Assembly: GCA_951406725.2 (NCBI GenBank)
Contig: OX597817.1
Location: forward strand, 128,526,001 to 128,590,000
Length of the DNA: 64,000 bases
From: Octopus vulgaris
Taxonomy: Eukaryota
Direction: 5' to 3'
Shown in pieces: positions 26,043 through 40,913 of this stretch (its first letter is position 1; every line of letters begins with the position of its first letter). The notes beneath the pieces are model-generated. The model worked only from the letters and a program-made list of their open reading frames with translations. It was not told where the DNA came from and ran no database searches. A program made the translations under genes and the position numbers.

Positions 26043-29000
26043 GGTGGAGGGTAATATTGCTTCCCATTTTTAACAGACTAGTTTTCTAAATTTAAATTTT
26101 ATACTTACGTAAGTTATTTATCGAGGTGGTTGATTACATGAGACGTTTGAACGTCTGTTGTATTTTGTGCAGCAGCTTTTATACTTTTTTTCTGTTCTGA
26201 GTTCTTCTGAATATCAGCTTTTCTTTTCATCATAACGGGGGTGATAAATAATGTAGTACATGGTTCCAATCTTCTCTCATCAAGAATCAGTTGAGTTGTG
26301 CTGTGTGGGAAGATCGACGATGTGATTTACCTACAGAAATGAAGAAGGGTTGAAATAGGGTCTAGTAAACTCAACACGTGTAGAATGTTATAAGAACCGC
26401 TTAAAGAAATAATTGACCATAATACGCATGGACTGACTGCTGTACACTACGGTATGGAACGGTTAAAAAATAAAATATCGTTCGTTTCTTTGTAGTCTTG
26501 GTAACTCTGATGAAATGTCTTCTTTCTGGAAGACCTTTCATCAAATGTTTGGTCATTCAGGTCTCTCTCGGAAGCAAAACAACACCATCCGTGTTTCAGA
26601 TGTATAACAAATGAAAGGATGTGTAATAATCTTCATTACTTTCCTAGCAGCAGAGTAGCACTGAAATGATAGTGACAAAGATGAATTAAATACTTCGGAA
26701 ATCTAATTCATAATCGACCGAGTAATTATATAAGAGAGGTAACGATGTAGAAGAATCTTGTTGGTGAAAGAAAATTATATCAAACTGAACTGAAACGATT
26801 TCATAAACATTCTCCTGTTCCGTGCTGCACCTTGTGTTATGAACAAAAAAAGAGAGGATTGTTAAATTGCCTTAGATAGAGAAAGGTTCAACTTCCTGAT
26901 TCTTGTCCGCCAATGGTGAGTAGTGAATGATCAAAATATTGCTAGCCTGGCTGTCAGCAGTGAGTGAAGAGAGTAGATACAGTGAAGTTCGCGTGGGTGT
27001 TGGGAGAGACATGTGAAATCAATATGGAAGGAGGGTAATTTAAGACGGATTGAGATGACGAAAATATAACAGGAAGTCTTCGCCAGTAGGATATCGATCG
27101 GAGTATGATAGTACGTAGGTACTATCATAGCAAAGTTGACACCCTAAATATAGCAACAAACAAGTAAGGACAGACCTAGTGGTGCCCACACCAACTTAAC
27201 CATGTACACACACATCACGCATTCGGCGCGCACGCACATACACACAAACACTTCGTATATAGAAAACTCACCGATAGCAATTTACCAACAGCAATGAGGT
27301 GGCATAATAAGCAGACACACAATTCACAGATCTGCAAGGGCCCTTTTCTCAAAGAGACGAAAATATGGATGTGTCGAAAGAATAATGATGTTTTGATCGG
27401 TTAAGCTAACGAATGTGATGTTTAGTTCATAATAATTCACTTTTAGAATGGTTTAATAACTTTAAAATAAATTAAATCGAACAATATTTAATTTTTTTCT
27501 AATTTTTTGTTTGTTTGCTTTGCAATCTTTTATTGAAAATCTTCTATTAATTAATAATTTATCGTCAGTAAATATGTTAATTGGTCAATTGCTTGTGGAT
27601 GAATTTGATAATTGGCGGTTTCATGGTTGGTGAACAGCAGTTGGGGAATTGTTGTCGACTAAGTTTATTGAAGTCCTCACCTCTTACACACATAGATATT
27701 AAAACAAAAACACCCTGTTGTAAAATCAAAATATATCCTTCATCTTCTCTCTTGACTGGCACCCCCCCCCCCGCCAAAAAAAGCTTCAAATTGGACATAT
27801 TGACTTTCTACGAACACGCTTTTGGACTCTATATTTTTAATCATAGTTCTCTGCAAACTGTTGACTTAGATTTAAGTAGCAAAAACCATTAGCTGAATCT
27901 TGAATTCGGTTTAATCGAAAGTGCTCTCCTCTCAAAATGTTTGGCTGAGGGAATTACTATTAGTATAATTTTAAGAACCAATGTTATACTGGAAATGGAG
28001 CAATGGTTTATTATGACTTTCCCGAAAGAAGAAAAACAATATCAGTTAAATGAAAACGTTTTCAAACGAAAATTAAAGCAGTCCATTGTAAAAGTCTTGA
28101 TGGCATGTAGAAACATGACGTCTAGTGGTGCAGTTTATCTTATTTAGGAAAGATCATCAATTGCAAAGGTTATCATATTCTCTGTTTATTCACAAATCCA
28201 ACATGCCAGCCAAAAGTTGTGACAGACTATTAGTCCCCACTACCCTTTCACGACGCTCGCTCTTCCCTTCTCTCTCTGTATGATTATCACAGTCCGTCTC
28301 GCTGCGTGAGATGCTCTCAACCGAATATGGCATTCTAAAGCTGGTTGGTAGTTGAGACTTAAATCCAGTCGTCATCTCCACTGTTGTTTATGTTTATCAT
28401 CGTCCACGTCATCGCCATTCCTCTCACAATCACTGTCTGCAACATGTTGCTGATGATGTTGTTCTCGGTGTTTAGATTTAGACCAGATTGATCAAGTCGA
28501 TCTATTTTCGAAGATGTTCTACACGTGACCATTCCCATTTGTATCTTACATGACATCCATTGTGTCTCACTCTGTTGTTTACGTTGATATTTAGTTTCAG
28601 GCCAGATTTGACGGTGAAGGTCTATGATTACAAACTTTCGAGTTGTGACCACTTAGTCTTTTTTTTTAAAATTTAATCATAGTGTATCTCGAACCACATT
28701 ATCCAATAGAGATCATTTTGAAAATAATGTAGGATGTAATATGAGGGAAATTTGATTGTTATTTCTATCATGTGTAGTATCTACATAGAAGCCTTGTTGG
28801 AGAGATGATTGCATTGACGATGAGGAGGAAGATAAGGAGGGAAGCAAAGGACTTCCTTGCTGTTATTTTTCATTTTTAATGTTTTATTCTATGTCAGCGT
28901 TCATCGAGTCAATATTAAGTCGAATAGTTGTTGTCACCTAAGTCCATCATGAGTATCGCTAACTACCTTCTACTGCTCGGAAAAGCCTAACTATTTTCCC

Positions 29001-29289
29001 TGTCTAGTGGCCATGAGGAAACAGCTTGTATGGCAGACAAGATTGAAAGCAATAAAAACCCTTCTCTCATCAAGAAAGTCTACATCAACTTCTTATTGAG
29101 AAAGTTAATTGTGAAGAGGGGTCTCTACCTTAGAGGTAATTTTCTGGAAGGTGGCTGAGAGGAGCAAGAATTATGAGAGGAACAAGAATGACCTGCATGA
29201 ATGCACTTATACTTAGGCGATAAGTTACTATTAATATTTGGCTTATTTCGTTGGCAGATATTTTATCGTGAGGCTTGGCGACAAGTCCC

Positions 29290-30130
29290 CTCAAATCTTA
29301 AGAATCTTTCTTAGAACTCTTACAGAATATAGAATCGTACTTTTTCTGCAGGTCGACAATACGAGTTTCACTTCCAATTTCATTTAGTGTTTAAGGTTAC
29401 GTTTTGGTTGTTTTGCCAAGTGCATAAATTGCTACAGGAATAATTGTTGTCTTGATCTCCCACAGTCTCCGCATCTCTCTGGCTAGATCCTGGTATTTCT
29501 TAATTTTTTTCAATTTCTTTCGTATCGGCTCTGCTATCATAGGGAATTGCAAAATCTATGATCTTACAATGTTTGTTTATTTTGTCCTCTATAAACATAT
29601 GTGGTTTTCTTGTTTCAATAGTATGGTCAGTCTTTATGGGGTAGTCCCACAAAATCTCGCAATTCCCATTTTCTATCACAATCTCTGGTTCGTGTCCATA
29701 CCAATCTTCTGTTGTTCTGAAGCCACACACTAGGCTGATATCCCATTATGTCCTTTTGCTTACACAATCATGTCTGCGCTTATACTACTTTTGTGTTAAA
29801 ATACTACACTCAAAATGTGTTAGATACTTTCGTCTCCTTTCTTACAGGTTCTACATTTGCCGTCTGACTGCTTTTGTCGATCTTTGCCTCTATCAGATTT
29901 GTTCTAAGGGCTTGTTTCTGAGTGACTATAATTAACGTTTTTGTCTCTCGTTTCAAGTTCTTGTCTATCAAGCAAAGCCAGTGATTTTTACTTTAAGAAT
30001 TCTCGGTTTGGTACAAGAATTTGCCATGCAATTCCGTTTATTTCTATTTGTTTACTGTTGTCTTTGTTTTTCTCTTTTATTCTCCAACTGTTTCAGTCAC
30101 TTTTTCAATGTCTCTGGCTGTCAAAAGTAT
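29290..30130 (-). mobile_element. Second R4/Dong-type LINE 3' fragment (restriction-like endonuclease region)
   Basis: WYGHEPEIVIENGNCEILWDYPIKTDHTIETRKPHMFIEDKINKHCKIIDFAIPYD matches the ILWD...RKPD...IID pattern. Confidence 0.8.
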
Positions 30131-30194
30131 CCTTTTTTTACTCTGCGCAATATAATTTTTTCGAACCCAATATCGCAGTACTAACAGTGTCATC

Positions 30195-32775
30195 TCTTTT
30201 TAGTAGTCTTGTTCCAAGCAGCGCTGTTTTCTGCAAATGCTCCACCCGTATTACAGTCCCTATTTGTTCCATGTACTTCTCAAGATTTTTACTCACTGTT
30301 CCCAGGGCTCCGACAGTTATTGGTACTATTACCACCTCTTTCATCGACCACTACTGCGTACCCTTCCAAGCTAACTGGTTATATCTATCGACTTTTCTTT
30401 CTTCCTTAACGCATATCTTGTTGTCAGCTGGGCATGCTATATCTATGATCCAGCATGGTTTGCTTTCTTTCTCAATTAACACTATGTCTGGTTTCCTTTT
30501 CTCTATCTCGTGGTCCCAGTGAATCATAAAATCCTATAGGATCTTTGCATTATCATTTTCGATGATGCCTTCGGGTTTATGTTCGTACCACTTTTTTGCT
30601 CTGTCTACTCCATACTTATTGTAAAGTGTCCAATGGACAATCCTTGATATCTTGTCATGATGTCTCTTATACTCTCTCTGGATTAGTGGCGTACATTGGC
30701 TGGTGATATGCCATACGGTTTCACGAATTTTTGCACAGTTTCTGCACTTGTCACTTTCTGGTGTATTGTCTATTTTGTATTTGATGTAATTCGTTCAGTT
30801 TCGTTCATTCTCAAGTGCTTGTACAGTGGTTTATCTTTGCAATCTTCCATCCTACACAAGCCTGGCTTTCTTACTTCCAATAATAGTGGATCTAAGGCAT
30901 ATTTTACATACCATGCTATGTTGTCATCTTCTGCACTAATACTGTGTCCGCATCCAATCAGTCCTCTTTCCCTTCTTTTTCTTGATCTGTGTCACTTTTG
31001 GGGTGGAGTATCGCATATTTTAGTCAGCAACTTGTCTTTATGTCTAAGCAGTTTTGTTCGTCAACTGTCCATGCGATTACCCCTGCTCCATATGTAAGGA
31101 GTTTTGTCTTTTTCGATGTTTTTCAAAAGGAATTGCCTTTTTCGATGTTTTTCAAGCACAGCACTGTCCTACCCATTGTCAACAACTTTGGTGTTACTTG
31201 GCCGGCATTTAACAAGGTGTTGAGTTGTGCAGCTATTCGTGCATGACGTTAACCAAATTTTTTGATCCAGTAGTCTTGAACTCCATTTAATTTCGACTTA
31301 AGTATCAGCCTCAATCTGCACAAGTACTCTACCTTAAAGTTTTCTGTCATTTCTTGCTCCGTGAATTTATCCATTTCCAATAGCCCGTCTCTTCTATCTA
31401 CTTCATAACCTACCCCGACAGTATCGGTAACTCATCTATACATTTGATTTTGCCTCTCTTCAAGACTAACACACCACACCTGTTCAGTCTGAACTCCATT
31501 CTGATATCAGCACTGGAAGTATACACCGTATCAACGAGAGAACTGACTTGGGATTCATCTTTACCATAAAGTTTGAAGTCATTCATGAATAACAAGTGGT
31601 TGACTTTTTGTTGGCGGCTTTTGAATACATACCCAGCCATTGCTTTCCACAGAATCAGTGTTAGTGATATCATGCACAGTAAAAAGATCAGTGGGGACTG
31701 GCAGTCTTCTTGGAAGAAGCCTCTCCTGATTTCTATTGTCCCTAAACTTCTTCCATATGCTGTTAGTTCCGTCCTCCACTTCGCCATACTTTTTCCAAGG
31801 AATCGCTCAACATTCGATGCACTACCAAATAGGTTCATACATTCCATAATCCAAGAATGTGGGATCATATCGAACGCCTTACGATAATCGATCCATGACA
31901 TAGCTAAGTTAGTTTTCCTCCTCTTGCAGTCTCTAAGTACAGTTTTGTCTACCAGGAGTTGATCTTTGGTACCTCTGCACTTACAGTTGCAACCCTTCTG
32001 CTCATGTGGCAGGACTTCATTTTTTTCCAGATGTCCATACATTAACTTTGCGAATATTCCAGTCAATAATTTCCACATAAGTGGCAAACAGGACATTGCT
32101 TTTCCCCCGTTTGAGTTCGATAAAATTAATATCAGCTGAGCATATGGGTGAATATAATCAATGCAGTATTTTCGAACCTCCCCTAGTACAAAATGCTGCT
32201 CTTGTCCAAAAATTTAAGATCCATGTTATTATTATTATTATTATCAATTAATTTATTGGTGTAACTTGGATGGCATTTAATAAGGTGTTGAGTTGTGCAG
32301 CTATTCATGCATGACATTCACCAAATCTTTTGATCCAGTAGTCTTGAACTCCATCTGGACCGGGGCCTTCCAGTTGCCCATTTTTTGCTGATTTCCTTCA
32401 CTTCCCTAACTGAAATGCCTAGCTCTGCCTCTTTTGGACAGACTATACTGTTTGTTTCAATTCTTGCAGCCATTCAGCATCTTTCTTGTGCTTCTTGTCT
32501 TTGCTCCAGATTTCACTCCCAAACCTTTGACTTTCAGTGTTATCTGGTATCAACTTTTCATTTGTACACTCTCCTTTTATTTCTTTGTAGAATCTCTTCT
32601 GATCTACTCAGAATAAACTATTCTGCTGGTAAACCTTCATTCTTTGGCCGTTTCTTACTATCATTGCTTTCTTTGCAACGAGGTGCTGTTTCAGTACCTC
32701 CATTACCAATTTCAGGCCATTTCTTTCAATATATTATACTTCCTGTTCTGTGCCCTGTATTTTTGTTCGCTTGCT
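30195..32775 (-). mobile_element. Decayed and rearranged R4/Dong-clade non-LTR retrotransposon (RT plus restriction-like endonuclease)
   Basis: [63 protein letters not shown]; C-terminal RKPDIVLIE, IIDIACP, VPITVGALG, LQKTALLGT. Frameshifts and stops present; 5' side abuts (ATC)n/(ATT)n. Confidence 0.88.
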
Positions 32776-32932
<157 letters not shown>

Positions 32933-33185
32933 ATAATAATGATAATAATATATTTCTTTATTGCCCACAAGGGGTTAAACACAGAGGGGACAAGCAAGGA
33001 CAGACAAAGGGATTAAGTCGATTACATCGACCCCAGTGCGAAATAAAGTACCAATTTCGCACTGGAGTCGATGTAATCGGCTTAATCCCTTTGTCTGTCC
33101 TTGTTTGTCCCCTCTGTGTTTAGCCCCTTGTGGGCAATAAAGAAATATATTACTATTATTATTATCATTATTATTGCCTGAAGTG

Positions 33186-33314
33186 CAGGCGCGGTCCCAG
33201 GAATTTTTCAAAGGGAGGTCGATCACAAGTTCAGAAGGGAATACAATTCCAGACGAAAAGAGCGTAATGACATTATTTAGAAGGGCCCGCTTCTTTTCTT
33301 AGACCCCGCCCCTG
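33186..33314. mobile_element. Possible small MITE
   Basis: Imperfect TIRs CAGGCGCGGTCCCAGGA / TCTTAGACCCCGCCCCTG; no clear TSD. Confidence 0.35.
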
Positions 33315-33976
33315 GGGTGGGTTTCTTCTCTGAAGAATTTCTGCTGTTCAGCTCAGTTAAGAGTTCCTTACCACTGCTTTCTGCTTTAACCCCAGATTGT
33401 ATAATGCAATGCAACGTATTCGGTTTGTTTGCTAGTGTAGGTTAATTAGGTTTGAGGATAAATTAGCTGCTATTTCTAGAATGTCAGGCTAATACACTGA
33501 CACGCCCTCTACTGCTCCTTATTGCTGTTGCTGCTGCTACTGCGAGTCCTGTACACTACTACGCCTAATTTCTAGAGCAGGAGTTCAATCTTATACGGTT
33601 TATCACACCGAACAGGCGTCATAAGATAAACTCAAGTAGTGCCGATAACTGAATCGCTAAGGCTTTATTTACTTATGGGCTGGTAGGCAGGTGGGGGAGG
33701 ATGGGACGAGATACTCTGCCAAACCGGATATAGTCAATCAAACGCACGAGCACATACCATACAAACATACACGTGTCTCCATGCATGTGTGTGTGAGTGC
33801 GTGCGTGTATGTGTGCGTGCGTGCATTTATAAAGTGACGCAAGCACACACACACACAAACACACGCACATATGCAATATATACTTACATACATATATGTG
33901 TGTGTGTGTAGAGCAGGTATGTATATCAAGTACTTCTATACCGAAGCATGTATATGAATGCATATGTACATATATG

Positions 33977-34064
<88 letters not shown>

Positions 34065-34319
34065 CATACATACATATGCATATATATATATATATGCGTG
34101 TGTGTATGCGCGCGTAATTATACATACATACACTCACTCAGATATATATACATACATATACGCTTGCAGAACTACTGATACATACAAAACACACGCGCAC
34201 ACACATGCACACGCGCGCGCGAACACGTGTACAAGCGTGTGTGTTTGTATGCATGTGTATATGTGAATAATTACGCATATATGTATGAAAGTATATTTAC
34301 GCGTGTATCTATGCGTATT

Positions 34320-34490
34320 TGTATATATGTATACCGCTGTGTATAATGTTTGATTCCGTATATGTTTTCGTGTGAGCATCAATGTTGAAACAACACTTCA
34401 AAATTTGTATGGTTTGTACGGAAATCCTCTACATGAGGTCAGCTATATATTGAGGTCTTTCAACATATCAAAAGGGCGTTTCGAATAAAA
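34320..34490 (+). mobile_element. Possible old mariner N-terminal remnant
   Basis: Translation INVETTLQNLYGLYG resembles the mariner NA.ET..NI..VYG motif; short, no TIR found. Confidence 0.3.
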
Positions 34491-35919
34491 AAAAAAATTA
34501 GGACTCTTTCATTATTTATCATCATTGATTAAGTGCTTGGGTAATCTCTACCCCTGCCCAAAAATGTGTGGCCTCGTGCTTATGTTAGAAATCAAAATTT
34601 GCTATGTATTTAGCCTTCGTATGGAGTGGTGGTAAGCTCATATGAAGCGTGTTTGCAATTGTAGTTTGAGCAGTTTCTAGGAGCGCGCTCATTGTTATAG
34701 GTTTTATTTAAACTTAGGTTAGTTCTGATCGAGCAGACATGATTAAAATCGTTTGGGCCATGACTTTTTTGTTGGTGTTTGTTTGTCTTTCTTTATGAAC
34801 ACTTTTCATTTCGTTTTTTTTTCTTTTAAGAATGCAGAGAGTCATTTGTGGAAAATTTTCGTTACTAATTCTTTTATATAGAACATCAATATGCAAGCTT
34901 TTTCGTTGGCTCATTGGTAAATATTTTGTAAACTCGCGGTCACTTCGAAGTATTGTATGTTTACAGTTAATCGAGGGGTTAGAGGGTTCATGGGCAATTT
35001 GAACCCTTGCACCATAAAAACTCTCTCGCTCTCACTCTCTCTATTTCTCTCTCTCTCTCTCACACACACACACACTCTACGCAAACAGTTGTATCGACAT
35101 GCAACATATGTAGCTACAGACATTGCTAGCATGTGGATACTATTATTGCTGTTGATGGATTGCTAGTGGCGGTGGAAGTGGTTATATTGGTTAAAAATTT
35201 TGTTGAAAAAAAGTAGAAAGGAAGAGAGGAAGAGAAAGAGACAGAGAGAAAAAGAGAGAACAATAAAATGTTTCAACAGAATTAAATACTAACGAATGAT
35301 AAGAGTATTAAGTATTTTATATATTGCTATTATATAGTTTTGTATCATTTATTGCACAGGTAACAATAAGATTTCTATCCAATAAAAGTTCAAGTCATCC
35401 TTTCTCTCTTAAACAGCTTCTCTTAACATTTTCGTTCCGTGGGATTTCCACGGATTCCTCTAGAATTTATCATTCTGTAAGAAGAATAGTGTGATGTGAG
35501 TTCGAAATTTACGCTTGCTTAGTCTTCATCGGACTGCGATGCATTTGGGTTCGTCTTGACTTTCTATAGCATCTGAAATTTTAAGGTTTGTTGGGGTAGG
35601 TTGTGCTCTATTGAATAATGATTAGGTTGTAGAATAAGTTCTGATGGAGAGATACTGTGGAAGATTTTTATTGATTAAATTTGGAGCTTTGTTATTATTC
35701 GGAATTCAGTCATGTGTGTAAAACTTTGTAATCAGATGTGCCTAAGTGTGTCAACGTCATATCTTGGGTTGTTTTACAGGTGTTCACAAAAATGTAATTA
35801 GGTAAAAGGTAAATAGACCAGCAGATGTGCAACCAGTTTAAGTCCTTGTTGATTTTATTTAAGCACTAATGAGAGATTAAACAGTTTGCTATAATTTCTA
35901 CAAACAGGTTAAATCTCCT

Positions 35920-36305
35920 AGGTGTGGCTGTGTGGTAAGAGGCTTGATTTCCAACCACATGGTTCCGGGTTCAGTTCCACTGCGTGGTACATTGGGGAAG
36001 TGTCTTCTACTGCAGCCTCGGGCCGACCAAAGCCTTGTGAGTGGATATATTAGACAGGAACTGAAAGAAGCCCGTCATATATACATATGTATATATCTAT
36101 GTGTGTGTGCCTTTGCGTTTGTGATCCCCACACACCACTATGATTGATAACCGGTGTTGGTGTATTTACGTCCTCCTAACTTAGCAGTTCGGCAAAAGTG
36201 GACAATAGAATAATTACCAGGCTTAAAAAACAAAATAAATACTGAGGTCGATTCGTTCGACTAAAATTCCTCAAGCCGGTACCCCAGCAAACGATAAAAG
36301 ATAGC
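35920..36305 (+). mobile_element. Family-B SINE, near full length
   Basis: GGTGTGGCTGTGTGGTAAGA...GGTTCAGTTCC...AAGTGTCTTCTACT...GGCCGACCAAAGCCTTGTGAGTGG. Confidence 0.88.
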
Positions 36306-36731
36306 GTTCAAATAAATTTAACAAGAAAAATTAGTTACACATCTGTTGATTTTCTCACCAATAACCTTTTCACGTATCTACATTCTTTTAATCCGATGAA
36401 CGGTTAGACAACTCTCTACTGAGTGGTTACATAAAACACCGAGTAACAGTTTGTGAAATTCTTTTTCGGCTTTAGTATGTAACGGCATACGTAATTCACT
36501 GACTTTCGACTCCTTCCTCCTTTTCCTTCTGGAATTTTACCTCTTTCCGATGAATAGCCGTGCTCGAAACGTCACTCCTATGCTTCCATCCAAAATCTTT
36601 CACTGTGTGTCATTCTAATATACGGTGTTCGTCCAACTGACTTTTGTTGTTCTGCCTGCTTTTTATTTTTGACTTGCTTGTATTCTTTGTGTGTGAGACA
36701 GTGTGTTTGTGTGCTTGTGTGTATGCATATA

Positions 36732-36792
<61 letters not shown>

Positions 36793-37684
36793 AAACAAAA
36801 AATGGAACAAGAATTAACAGGCGACAACAAAACATCCAGACAGGAGATAAAAAAAAGGACAGGAAAAAAAACAAAGACAGGTCATTCGGAGTTTCTATCT
36901 TCAGTCGAGTTCCAGATTTTCTCAGCAGTTTCGGCCGGTTACACTCGAGACTGCTGCAATTTGGTCGGCCCCAAGAAAATCTAAGCTAAGAGCAATAGAA
37001 TCCTTGGAAGAAAGCAAGCGAATGTATACGAAAACAAGGATGAAAAAACCCGGAAAATGTTACACAAATACAAATACAAACAACTGGGCATTAACAATAG
37101 GTGGTTTTCGTCTAAGGAGGAATTAAATTAAGCTGGCATGTGTGGAAGTGAAGCCTTACGGCAGGGACATAAGAGGTGAAAGCCATGGGAAGGAATATAG
37201 ATGTTACATGGATGGCAGTCGAACCAAGAAAGAAAGGTAAATCTTGGCGGAACACCGGTCGCATGGAAGGAAAGGAGAGAGGTAAGTGCATAGGGACAAA
37301 AGAATTAGGGAGGGACGAGAAAGAAAGAAAAAAGAAAAGGGACAGAGTGAAGTAAAAGAGAATGGAACGTCAGAATGAAGGGAAGGTCAAGAAATGTGAG
37401 AGAGGGGGAGTGAGAAAAAGAAAAGTGGAAAGAACGAAGTAAGTGTGAAGGGGCTGAAACAAAGAATAAGAGAGTCGTACAGAATTTAGATATATATGTA
37501 CTTACATATAAGGGACCAAAAGTGTACGTACTCCGCTATATGTATATATAAAAAAGAAAACAAAACAAAAATGGAAAGAATGTAGCAGGCGACAACAAAA
37601 CATCCGGACAGTTAGACAATACAAAAAGGACAGGAAAAAACAAGGACAGGTCAATCGGCGCTTTCTATCTTCAGTCGAGTTTCA

Positions 37685-37744
<60 letters not shown>

Positions 37745-38198
37745 TATAAATAATATAGAAATATATGCATATATACATACATATATGTACATACCTACGT
37801 CTATATGTATATATGGGTACAGGACATAAAAAAAAACGTTGAACACAATGAGAGACGAAAACATAAAAACAAAAACATGGAAACGAACTTTTTTTTCAAA
37901 CAACAGAGTACAAGATATACAATACAAGGAACATTCCCCTTCTCCAGTTGTCTCTGTTTCGTCTACTCCGCGTTTTCGAAGGTAAGGACAATATGCCACT
38001 TCGTTGAAACAGCCCTTCCCGCAAAGCAAATTAAATAATATTTAGGATTTTTTGCGGAGGGGTAAAAGTGGTAACAAGAACAGGGCAGGAAGAACAAAGC
38101 AAAAAAGTAAAAACAATACAAATAAAAACAGTAAAAGACAGGACAAAGAGAATAACATGGTGTGTGTGGGTGAGAGTCTATATATACTCACACTCACA

Positions 38199-38414
38199 CG
38201 TGTAGGGTGCTGAGAAGTTCCTGGGCTTTAAAGGTGTTGCGAAAGGCCTGGCTGGAGACGTAAATTTTCGAGATCTTTTATAGGGCTTAGAAAAATTGAA
38301 GGACCGTTGCAACACGTTTTGTCAATCTGACAGGGGAATGTATTGAATAAAATCATAATTAATTTATCCTCCTATATCTTTTATCCAAAGCAAGAACTTT
38401 TCAGTACACCCTTG
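38199..38414 (+). mobile_element. Mariner-type MITE
   Basis: Imperfect TIRs GGGTGCTGAGAAGTTCCTG / CAAGAACTTTTCAGTACACCC; interior resembles a mariner C-terminus (GLEKLKDRCN...G..IE*). Confidence 0.7.
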
Positions 38415-38470
38415 TCTATGTATGTATGTACGTGTGCATGTATATGTATATGTATGTGTGTATCTGTCTG

Positions 38471-38544
<74 letters not shown>

Positions 38545-39106
38545 CACACACACACACGCACACACACATATATATATATAGTTTCTTTCCTCTCTCGTTG
38601 ACTCTGCTATGGTATCATTATTTCATAGAGAGCGGCAATAACTACTTACTTTTTTTACTCTCTCTCTCTTATTCCCTCTTCTCTTTTCTCTTTCTCTCCT
38701 CCTCTCTCTCTAATCTCTTGCTCTCTTCCTCCCATACAAAACTTATGCACTTCTTCCGTCTGCCTCTCCCCATCATTTCTCCAACAACTTGTCTGTCTTA
38801 TTGTCTGCTTTCTCATACTGTCGTCTGTCTTTCTACATTATGCATTAACACGCGTGCATGCATGTTAAACGGTTTAATATTCATTTTATTTAAAGAGGTG
38901 GGTGGTAGAACTGTGAAAGAACTGGAAAAATCCAGCTAGATGTAGACTTAGAATTTCATCCATCACTCAGATTTTAATCAAAAACGTACCGGTTAGAACA
39001 GACGATAAAGCTGACAAATTGCAGTCGAAAGTAACTAGTGATAATATGCGTCGGTATGTGTATGCATACATTTATTGATATATATGTATATATACAGACA
39101 CATACA

Positions 39107-39184
<78 letters not shown>

Positions 39185-39214
39185 CCTATCTATCTATCTA
39201 TACATACATACATA

Positions 39215-39254
<40 letters not shown>

Positions 39255-39548
39255 TATATATATATATATAGTAAAATCTATTTACCAACGTAAAGTGGCA
39301 TTCCTGATTAGAACGATGTTACTACCCTATTTAGCCACAGGAAAACATCTTTTCCACCTGGCTAATGGCGCACAACTGCGTCCTTATACCTCGAACAAGG
39401 GAGCCAATATCCCCACTCAACCTTAAACGGTACCTGCGGAGAAACATCGTCCTAATCAGGAATGCCACTTCACGTTGGCAAATAGATTTTACTCTGTAGT
39501 ACCGTTACTACTGATTTCTCGCTCAGAGACTTCAAATTATTTGTTCTC

Positions 39549-39671
<123 letters not shown>

Positions 39672-39783
39672 GTATCCAAAACTGAGTTTAAAGGGAAATA
39701 ATTTTCTAACTTTTACAGTGTTTCCTCTTAATTCGCTTTCAGATGCTCGCTAACGACAAGTGTTATATGTATATATGCATACG

Positions 39784-39846
<63 letters not shown>

Positions 39847-39881
39847 ATGTATATGCATGTTTGTTTGTGTATGTATATGTA

Positions 39882-39938
<57 letters not shown>

Positions 39939-40381
39939 GAAGGAAAAGTTAGATATTTATTCTTTAATCGCTACAGTTGTTTCCACGCAACGTTGTTCTC
40001 CAAGAATACAGGTACTTTATTATGCAGCTGTTTCATTGCATAAAGGGATCTAGCTATGTTTCCTCAGGCGATATCTGAGTGTTTCCTCCGTTAGTTCAAA
40101 ATCATCGACTTCAAGGTCATCTCCTATGTCTGTCGTGCTTTGAATTTAGTAGTAAGTGGATTTTCTCATGGCGTGTGCTTTAAATGGTAATAAGATTTGA
40201 ATAGGATTGGCATTTCATTTGGTTGTTCCTCATAGTTGGCTATACATCGCCTAAAGAAACACAATTAGATCTTATTATGCAAAGAAACAGTTGCATAATT
40301 AAGTACCTCTATTATTGGGAAACTACGTTACGTAGAAACAATTGTAGCGGTTAAAGAATGAATGTCCAACCGTACTCCTTC
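39939..40381. mobile_element. Diverged inverted pair with long-stem-II hammerhead-like motifs
   Basis: 39939-40072 vs 40246-40381; minus strand AUCGC-CUGAGGA-(77 nt)-GAAAC-AACU-GUA-GCGAU. Confidence 0.65.
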
Positions 40382-40609
40382 TTTTTGACTCCAATTCCTT
40401 CAATTTTATATTCACACACGTAAGCTTGAAAGTATGTATAATACTACTAAAGGATAGATTCCACAGGGTAATTCTGAAGGTGGACGAGCTTAATACTGTA
40501 CTATACGACATTTATAACGGAATATACCATAACTATATATAATAATAATAACAACAACAACAACAATAATAATAAGCGTAATAATGATAATGATATATAC
40601 ATATATCTA

Positions 40610-40647
<38 letters not shown>

Positions 40648-40723
40648 CGTATGCATATACATGCTTATATATGTATGTATTATGCATACACACGCACACA
40701 CAGACACAGACACAGACACACAG

Positions 40724-40811
<88 letters not shown>

Positions 40812-40913
40812 ATTTGAGGATAGTCATGTTGCTAGTTTAGTCAATGAAAACACATGAAAACTATATATTTGGTATTCACTTGCTTCAGCTTTATTTTATA
40901 TTAATTCTATTTC

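Noticed and set aside
27570-28650. Non-repetitive stretch with TAATTG words, possible enhancer or exons
   Set aside because: No recognisable protein motif or splice-consistent exon; conservation cannot be judged without alignments.
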